Assembly (NCBI GenBank): GCA_046484245.1
Contig: JAWOBN010000043.1
Span: 1 to 10,401, forward strand
Source: a bacterium
GTDB taxonomy: Bacteria > Hydrothermota > 32-111
DNA length: 10,401 bases
Direction: 5' to 3'
Shown: positions 1-4,977 of the stretch, one piece after another
Layout of the letters: every line of letters begins with the position of its first letter
How positions within the stretch are numbered: position 1 is the first letter of the stretch
Position numbers and translations under genes: made by a program
The notes under the pieces: generated by a model
What the model was told of the DNA's origin: nothing
The model's input: the letters and a program-made list of their open reading frames with translations, nothing else
Databases searched by the model: none

Positions 1-729
1 AGCGCATTCTCAGTGAGGGACAATCCATTTGAAGTGATAATTGACAGGAGTAGATTCTCGCTCAGTGAAATTGATATCAATATCAATAATAAAGAACAGG
101 CAATAGACGGCCTGCTGAAACTGAACAATATGTACAGATGGCCCAGGGAGGAATTATCACCGGGTGTAATGGGACCATTTTCATTCATCCCATTCCTTGA
201 ATGCTATCATGGTGTGATCAGCATGGACCACTCAGTAAAGGGGTCACTGAATATTGACGGCAAACACCATGATTTTACAGGCAGGGGATATATGGAGAAG
301 GACTGGGGCAACAGTTTCCCCGGCAGGTGGATATGGATGCAGACCAATGGATTCAGAAAGGAGGGGGTATCCCTCTTTCTCTCCATTGCGACAATTCCGC
401 GAATGGGCAGGGAATTTACAGGGCTCATCTCAGGACTGCTCATAAATAACAGATTATACAGATTCGCCACATATACAGGCGCGCGCATAAGACATCTCTA
501 TGCAGGCAAAAGCGATATTCAGATAATACTGCAGGATAAGAGATACAAGATGGAGATAAGAACGACAAGGCCCCGGGGCGGCAGCCTCAAATCCCCCATT
601 TCAGGCAATATGGAGGGCAGGGTCAATGAATCTGTCAATGCTGAGATCCGCGTAAAACTCATTACACGACAGGGCTTCCCGGTTTTTACAGGAAGAGGCA
701 GAAACGCCGGCCTGGAAGTGGAGTGGTGA
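1..729 (+). CDS. Tocopherol cyclase family protein (5' truncated by window edge)
   Basis: Frame is open from base 1 to TGA 727-729. Motifs MGPFSFIPFLECYHGVISMDH and GRGYMEKDWGNSFPGRWIWMQTN match the bacterial tocopherol-cyclase-like family. Confidence 0.85.
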   Translation, partial: SAFSVRDNPFEVIIDRSRFSLSEIDININNKEQAIDGLLKLNNMYRWPREELSPGVMGPFSFIPFLECYHGVISMDHSVKGSLNIDGKHHDFTGRGYMEKDWGNSFPGRWIWMQTNGFRKEGVSLFLSIATIPRMGREFTGLISGLLINNRLYRFATYTGARIRHLYAGKSDIQIILQDKRYKMEIRTTRPRGGSLKSPISGNMEGRVNESVNAEIRVKLITRQGFPVFTGRGRNAGLEVEW

Positions 730-732
730 AAA

Positions 733-768
733 GACGTGTGATACGTGTGATTCGTGTGACACGTGTGA
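733..768 (+). repeat. Period-9 tandem repeat (NNCGTGTGA x4)
   Basis: GACGTGTGA TACGTGTGA TTCGTGTGA CACGTGTGA starts 3 bp after the stop codon. Reverse-complement-type copies lie at 958-997 and same-sense copies at 3944-3970. Confidence 0.9.
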
Positions 769-865
769 CTCGGAAAGAAGATAGAAAATGAAATGTAAAA
801 GGAGATATCTATTGACAAATGTCATTGCGAGGAGCGCAGCGACGCGGCAATCTCCTTATGCGCCC
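762..865 (+). repeat. Left outer inverted repeat of accessory segment
   Basis: Ungapped match to the reverse complement of 4107-4210 (83/104 by manual count), with a perfect 42-bp core (817-858 vs 4114-4155). Confidence 0.85.
821..854 (+). repeat. GTC-tagged REP-like palindrome, copy 1
   Basis: GTCATTGCGAGGAGCGCAGCGACGCGGCAATCTC with an ATTGC/GCAAT stem. Identical copies on the - strand at 3857-3890 and 4118-4151. Resembles CGTC-class REPs. Confidence 0.85.
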
Positions 866-906
866 ACGTCCCTCTCCTGGCTCTCATGGCCTCTATTCAC
901 ATCTTC

Positions 907-1021
907 CCGCATCACGCACCACGCCTTACGCCACTTGGCCGGCTACTCACATTCTTACGAATCGCACGAATCACACGAACCGCACGAATTCGCACGGGTT
1001 TATTCTATTCGCTCTAATCGT
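907..1021 (+). repeat. Heptamer (ACGCAYC-type, 907-934) and nonamer (958-997, 1004-1021) tandem repeat modules
   Basis: 907-934 matches rc 3892-3919 (24/28). 971-997 matches rc 3944-3970 (26/27). Confidence 0.8.
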
Positions 1022-1042
1022 TCTTTATATGTACAACGCACA

Positions 1043-1083
1043 ACGCATCACGATATTCCGTAGGGGTTCAACAACTTGAACCC
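1043..1083 (+). repeat. 41-bp direct repeat copy 1 containing a GTAG-type REP hairpin
   Basis: ACGCATCACGATATTCC-GTAG-GGGTTCAA-CAAC-TTGAACCC, with a perfect 8-bp stem after the GTAG tag. Identical to 1161-1201. Confidence 0.9.
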
Positions 1084-1160
1084 AAAAACAAGTTTAAAGT
1101 TACAAGGAATGTGAATAACCTGCCATGGAAGAACATACCACGCACCACGCATTACGCAAC

Positions 1161-1201
1161 ACGCATCACGATATTCCGTAGGGGTTCAACAACTTGAACC
1201 C
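1161..1201 (+). repeat. 41-bp direct repeat copy 2 containing a GTAG-type REP hairpin
   Basis: Identical to 1043-1083 and preceded by heptamers ACGCACC ACGCATT ACGCAAC (1140-1160). Confidence 0.9.
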
Positions 1202-1207
1202 GATTTT

Positions 1208-1311
1208 GTCATTCCGAACGAAGTGAAGGAATCTCCTTATACGCCCTCGCATCCGTCGTTGTACTTTGTACGTTTTCCGTTGTACGTGAGGGAGCTGGCT
1301 CCCGATTACTT
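1208..1311 (+). repeat. Variant GTC-tagged REP plus inner inverted-repeat module
   Basis: GTCATTCCGAACGAAGTGAAGGAATCTC at 1208-1235. 1230-1311 matches rc 4042-4123 at 77/82 and includes GTTGTAC heptamers and the GGGAGC-TG-GCTCCC palindrome. Confidence 0.85.
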
Positions 1312-1328
1312 GTAACTTGCAACTGTAT

Positions 1329-1982
1329 TTATTCTATGCCCGCTTTTTCCTTTGCTTCCTCAATAATCTGCATATTCTTTCTTATTCTCTCGGCATTTTC
1401 TGACTGAAGCTCTTTCTCTGTTTCCTCTATTGTCTTATTCAGCTGGTCCATCTGCTTTAAAAATTCCTCTTTATCCTCTTCGGAGAGATCTTCAATATTG
1501 ACCTGCCCCTCTGCATTCTCCCGGCTCTCCTTCATGGAATTAAGCATCTCCTCCTGCATAACAAGACCCTGCTTCTCTGCCTGCGCAGCAAGAAGAAGCA
1601 TTGATGACTGTGAGTATTTTTCGAAGGTGAGTTTTGTCTCGCGTTCAATAATATCCTTGAGATTGAGACCCTTTGTGCCTGCCTGGATGGCAGCTGTTGT
1701 TGCAGAATAGAAATCAATCTCAGGATATTCCTGTGACACCTTCTTTAATTCACTGAAATAGACGAACATATCATCCTTATTGAGCTCCGGTTTTTCAATC
1801 TCTTCATCAGATAATTTATCTACTGCTTTTGAGCTCTCATCCACAGCTTTGGCTGCTGCCTTTGCCCCTTCACTTTCTATTGTCTCTTTTATGTCCTTGC
1901 CTGCTTCTCTCATCTCATTGACAGAATCACATGAGACAACTGCAAAAAGAACAATAAGAAAAATTACTACTATGCGTTTCAT
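1329..1982 (-). CDS. Hypothetical lipoprotein, acidic and helical/coiled-coil
   Basis: 217 aa ORF. Signal peptide MKRIVVIFLIVLFAVVS-C with lipobox-like Cys, GGAGG Shine-Dalgarno at 1987-1991 (- strand) and a near-consensus promoter upstream. Confidence 0.8.
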   Translation of the reverse strand: MKRIVVIFLIVLFAVVSCDSVNEMREAGKDIKETIESEGAKAAAKAVDESSKAVDKLSDEEIEKPELNKDDMFVYFSELKKVSQEYPEIDFYSATTAAIQAGTKGLNLKDIIERETKLTFEKYSQSSMLLLAAQAEKQGLVMQEEMLNSMKESRENAEGQVNIEDLSEEDKEEFLKQMDQLNKTIEETEKELQSENAERIRKNMQIIEEAKEKAGIE

Positions 1983-2002
1983 AAAACCTCCATTTTCCTT
2001 TT

Positions 2003-2031
2003 ACTATAGGATTATTTGGATATAATGTCAA
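2003..2031 (-). promoter_or_regulatory. Sigma70-type promoter for the lipoprotein gene
   Basis: The - strand reads TTGACA (2031-2026), 17 bp spacer, TATAGT (2008-2003). Confidence 0.7.
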
Positions 2032-2048
2032 GATATTGCTTATTTTTC

Positions 2049-2088
2049 ATTCGCTATTTCCGATTCGCGAATCGCGAATCGCGAATTA
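2049..2088. repeat. Imperfect palindrome made of CGAATCG heptamers
   Basis: Perfect core CGATTCGCGAATCG (2061-2074). Arms 2049-2067 and 2068-2086 pair at 16/19. Lies between divergent genes. Confidence 0.8.
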
Positions 2089-2103
2089 CGAAAATTCCGG
2101 CAT

Positions 2104-2131
2104 TTGATTTTTTGGGGATTTGTTGTATTAT
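2104..2131 (+). promoter_or_regulatory. Possible sigma70 promoter for the esterase gene
   Basis: TTGATT (2104-2109), 16 bp spacer, TATTAT (2126-2131), then AAGGAG at 2141-2146. Confidence 0.4.
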
Positions 2132-2151
2132 TATGGAAAAAAGGAGATGGT

Positions 2152-3258
2152 ATGAAGAAAATAATTATAGGAATGTTTATACTGCTCAGTATTGCTCTTA
2201 TTGCAGATGAAAACTGTAATGACTGCGATAACTGCAAGGCGGATAATATTGACCCGTATAACAGGGCATATATTGAGGCATTGAGGGAAGACACTGAGGA
2301 GTATTCCCGGAAGGCGAATGAATATTACAGGGATGACCGGTTTGAAAAAGCGGCAAAATACTATCTGCTCTATATTATGCGCAATGCACAGGATGCCAAC
2401 AGTATTTATAATCTTGCATGCTGCTACGGGCTTCTGGGGAAACCGGAACTTGCTGCAGATTATCTGGCGGTTGCATATGACAAGGGTTTCAGGGATATCG
2501 GGTTTGCCGACCATGACGGTGATTTTGACAAGGTAAGGGATAATAAATATTTCATCGGTAAACTGGATTCACTCAAAAATGAATACAAGAAGCTTGAGAC
2601 CAAGGAGAGCAATTATTACAGTGCCGAGGTATTCCTGCCCGGTCTTTTCTATGAACCTGAGAGTGAGTCAAAAGATCTTTTTGTATGCCTGCACGGATAC
2701 GGCTCCAATTACAGAAAGTTCTCCACTCTGAAGGAGCATTTCAAGAATGATTATGTGCTGTTTCTCTCAGCTCCGTATCCTGCACTGATTGTCGGTAATG
2801 AGATGGGTTACAGCTGGGAGCTTGATGAAGAAACAGGACTGACAGACCTCTCAGCATCAAAAACAGCGGAGTATATTGCGCAGGCAGCCGGTGGAATAAA
2901 AGAGAGATATGATATCAGGAATGTCTATGTAATGGGATTTTCACAGGGCGGTCATCTTGCCTATGTAACAGGTTTTAAGAACCCCGGGTTGTTTGACGGC
3001 ATAATAGCACTGGGCACATGGCTGGACAGTGAACTGATAGGTGAAGAAACAGTAAATAATGCCAGTGGATTAAATGTCTTTATAGGACATGGTAATACTG
3101 ACAGAAGCGTAGATCCTGAAGCAGGCAGGGATGCCCGCGAGTATCTTGAAAGCAAGGAGTTCAATGTCAAAATGAAGATGTTTGAAGGTGCTCATAGGGT
3201 TGACATAGAGACACTTGAAGAGGCAGTGGAATGGATGGAGGAGCAGGGGGGTGTATAA
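2152..3258 (+). CDS. Secreted TPR-domain / alpha-beta hydrolase (phospholipase/carboxylesterase family) fusion
   Basis: ATG 2152 follows AAGGAG. Signal peptide MKKIIIGMFILLSIALIA, TPR-like YNLACCYGLLG...DGDFDKVR, oxyanion motif LHGYG, nucleophile elbow GFSQGG, and HGNTDRSV / GAH (Asp and His of the triad). Confidence 0.85.
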   Translation: MKKIIIGMFILLSIALIADENCNDCDNCKADNIDPYNRAYIEALREDTEEYSRKANEYYRDDRFEKAAKYYLLYIMRNAQDANSIYNLACCYGLLGKPELAADYLAVAYDKGFRDIGFADHDGDFDKVRDNKYFIGKLDSLKNEYKKLETKESNYYSAEVFLPGLFYEPESESKDLFVCLHGYGSNYRKFSTLKEHFKNDYVLFLSAPYPALIVGNEMGYSWELDEETGLTDLSASKTAEYIAQAAGGIKERYDIRNVYVMGFSQGGHLAYVTGFKNPGLFDGIIALGTWLDSELIGEETVNNASGLNVFIGHGNTDRSVDPEAGRDAREYLESKEFNVKMKMFEGAHRVDIETLEEAVEWMEEQGGV

Positions 3259-3375
3259 GAGACTCAAGACACAAGCCACAGGACACAAGACATGTGAATA
3301 GAGTCCATGAGAGACCGGAAAACGGATAACGATGAAGAGTTTAAGAGACTCAAGACACAAGCCACAGGACACAAG
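3256..3375 (+). repeat. Two perfect 34-bp direct repeats of AGACACA-type heptamers with a 52-bp spacer
   Basis: TAAGAGACTCAAGACACAAGCCACAGGACACAAG at 3256-3289 and 3342-3375. Copy 1 begins with the esterase TAA stop codon. Confidence 0.92.
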
Positions 3376-3422
3376 TTTATAAAGCAGGTATGAATAGATA
3401 AAGATATAATAAAGGGGGAATT

Positions 3423-3788
3423 TTGAAGAAGAAAATTGATGATTTATCGATTTATTCAAAATCGAGAGAATTGATTAAAGAACTTTACCTGTTAACAAAT
3501 AATAATGAGCATTTCAAAAAAGATTTCTCTTTTAAGGACCAGATAAGAAGAGCGGGAATATCAATAATTTCAAATATTGCTGAGGGTTTTGAAAGAGACA
3601 GTGATAAAGAGTTCCATAAATTTCTTGGATATTCAAAGGGTTCTGCCGGTGAAGTAAGGGCACAGATAACAGTTGCTTATGATATAGGATACATAGATGA
3701 AGAAGCAATGACTTCTATACAGGATAAATGCAATAAATTGCTGAGGATGATGAGTAGCTTACGGAATTACCTTATAGATTCTCAATAA
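3423..3788 (+). CDS. Four-helix-bundle protein (so-called 23S rRNA IVS protein family, structurally Avd-like)
   Basis: TTG start after AAGGGGG. Hallmark sequence FKKDFSFKDQIRRAGISIISNIAEGFER..KEF..FL.YSKGSAGEVRAQ..VAYDIGYI. Confidence 0.92.
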   Translation: MKKKIDDLSIYSKSRELIKELYLLTNNNEHFKKDFSFKDQIRRAGISIISNIAEGFERDSDKEFHKFLGYSKGSAGEVRAQITVAYDIGYIDEEAMTSIQDKCNKLLRMMSSLRNYLIDSQ

Positions 3789-3809
3789 AGATTTGTGATT
3801 GGATTAATT

Positions 3810-3833
3810 GTAGGGGCTGTTCGCGAATTGCCC
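3810..3833 (+). repeat. GTAG-type REP-like imperfect hairpin
   Basis: GTAG-GGGC-TGTTCGCGAATT-GCCC, 21 bp after the four-helix-bundle stop codon. Confidence 0.7.
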
Positions 3834-3890
3834 GGAAAGGGACGTGGGCGTATAAGGAGATTGCCGCGTCGCTGCGCTCCTCGCAATGAC
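3831..3890 (-). repeat. GTC-tagged REP copy 2 plus tail
   Basis: Reverse complement matches 821-880 at 57/60. Confidence 0.9.
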
Positions 3891-3891
3891 C

Positions 3892-4043
3892 GTGTCGTGA
3901 GGCGTGGTGCGGGGTGCGGAAGACAAGAGCGAGTAGTAAAGAACCGTGAGAATTCGTGCGGTTCGTGTGAACTTAAGAACGAGTAGACCGTGTAGAGCGC
4001 ATAGAGCGAGTAGGAAAAAGAAGGTAAAAGAATAAAGGTAAAA
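3892..4043 (-). repeat. Run of heptamer and nonamer tandem-repeat modules
   Basis: Heptamers at 3892-3919, nonamers at 3944-3970, nonamers GAGTAGACC GTGTAGAGC GCATAGAGC (3981-4007) and heptamers GGTAAAA GAATAAA GGTAAAA (4023-4043). Confidence 0.75.
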
Positions 4044-4210
4044 GCAATCGGGAGCCAGCTCCCTCATGTACAACGGAAAACGTACAAAGTACAACGACGG
4101 AAGTGAGGGCGTGTAAGGAGATTGCCGCGTCGCTGCGCTCCTCGCAATGACATTTTTCAACAGGGAACTCCTTTCACCTTTAATCCTTATCATTCTTTTT
4201 GTATCACACG
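4042..4210 (-). repeat. Right-hand inverted repeat block with GTC-tagged REP copy 3 (4118-4151)
   Basis: 4042-4123 is rc of 1230-1311 (77/82) and 4107-4210 is rc of 762-865 (83/104). 4107-4151 is also a 44/45 direct repeat of 3846-3890. Confidence 0.9.
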
Positions 4211-4256
4211 GGAATTATTGTACGCTAAGAAGGAATTATAACAATTTCCCTTTTTC

Positions 4257-4284
4257 TTGAAAAATATTTTACTTAGTATATAAT
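4257..4284 (+). promoter_or_regulatory. Sigma70-type promoter for the smr-gyrA operon
   Basis: TTGAAA (4257-4262), 16 bp spacer, TATAAT (4279-4284). The ATG follows only 9 nt later. Confidence 0.6.
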
Positions 4285-4293
4285 ATATAAACT

Positions 4294-4656
4294 ATGGCAA
4301 ATGATACAGAAGATAAGCAGAGAAAGCTGTTTGAAGCAATGCTGGATAAGGAGTCATTCAATCCTGCAAATAAATACAGCGGGTCTAAAGATAAGAGCAA
4401 AAGGAAGCGGAAGAAGGAAATAGACCTGCATGGAATGAACAGATATGATGCCGAGGATGTGGTGAGCGGACTGCTCAGGTCCTACAGGTATTCGGATGTA
4501 ATGGAGCTCACAATAATATGCGGGAAAGGAAAACATTCACCCGCAGGTCCGGTCATATACAGGCATATAAGAAATTATCTGAAATCAAACAGCCATCTTT
4601 TCAGCAGTATGAAAACAGATGAAAACAACAATATAACACTGAGGTGGAAAGAATGA
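4294..4656 (+). CDS. Smr domain (MutS2 C-terminal-like) protein
   Basis: IDLHGM...A and IICGKGKHS...PVI motifs of stand-alone Smr proteins. Confidence 0.9.
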   Translation: MANDTEDKQRKLFEAMLDKESFNPANKYSGSKDKSKRKRKKEIDLHGMNRYDAEDVVSGLLRSYRYSDVMELTIICGKGKHSPAGPVIYRHIRNYLKSNSHLFSSMKTDENNNITLRWKE

Positions 4657-4961
4657 AAAGAATCATTACATTACTCATAATTGCAATTATTGCCCTTACT
4701 GTTATTGTCTCATGTTCAGAAGAGAGGAGCATGACGGAGGGTGCAACCAGGAAGACACTGGAATTGCCGGACAGGGCAAGGGAGAATGCGGACCTTATGG
4801 TGCTGAGGAATGCTGTCAGTTATTTCAAGGCAACAAAGGACAGGAATCCCGAGACATTAAAAGAAGCAATAGAATTATCCAAGGCAGATATACAGTGCCC
4901 TCTGTCAGTATTTGAATATGATGCTGAAACAGGGGAAGTCACTATTAAAAACAAACAGTAA
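4653..4961 (+). CDS. Small hypothetical lipoprotein
   Basis: ATG 4653 overlaps the Smr stop (ATGA) and follows GAGGTG. N-terminus MKRIITLLIIAIIALTVIVS-C is a lipoprotein-type signal. Confidence 0.75.
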   Translation: MKRIITLLIIAIIALTVIVSCSEERSMTEGATRKTLELPDRARENADLMVLRNAVSYFKATKDRNPETLKEAIELSKADIQCPLSVFEYDAETGEVTIKNKQ

Positions 4962-4977
4962 TATCAAGGAGAAATAA

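Larger units (their letters stand above)
762..4210. mobile_element. Putative non-autonomous, REP/inverted-repeat-bounded accessory cassette
   Basis: Inverted termini enclose three accessory genes placed between unrelated flanking genes. No transposase and no evident target-site duplication, so mobility is inferred only. Confidence 0.35.

Noticed and set aside
725..765. Target-site duplication around the inverted-repeat-bounded segment
   Set aside because: No matching short direct repeat found between the left flank and 4211 onward, so a classical DDE transposon is unsupported.
788..1079. ORFs 788-1063 and 819-1079 (+), and 3795-3986 (+) and 3804-4193 (-)
   Set aside because: They are translations of the repeat arrays (shared NVIARSAATRQSPY, SHESHE-type periodicity) with no protein-like features. 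Expression is not strictly excluded.
2104..2151. Longer TTG start for the esterase, and GTG 4644 start for the small lipoprotein
   Set aside because: ATG 2152 and ATG 4653 have Shine-Dalgarno sequences and give canonical signal peptides.
3256..3375. Mini CRISPR array (34-bp repeat, 52-bp spacer, repeat); likewise 1043-1201
   Set aside because: Only two repeats each, repeats built of heptamer/REP modules, spacers long and containing other repeat modules, and no cas genes in the window.
3423..3788. 23S rRNA intervening sequence
   Set aside because: No rRNA sequence flanks the gene; the family name is historical.
3423..4210. Diversity-generating retroelement (Avd-like gene plus near-identical repeats)
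   Set aside because: No reverse transcriptase, repeat pairs are inverted and intergenic, and no copy lies in a target gene's 3' end.
730..4210. Integron cassette array (attC sites)
   Set aside because: No intI gene, cargo genes are in both orientations with their own promoters, and I found no convincing RYYYAAC...GTTRRRY attC structure.
4210..4258. Rho-independent terminator (GGGAATT...AATTTCCC followed by a T-run)
   Set aside because: The stem is AT-rich and mismatched with a very long loop; too weak to call.
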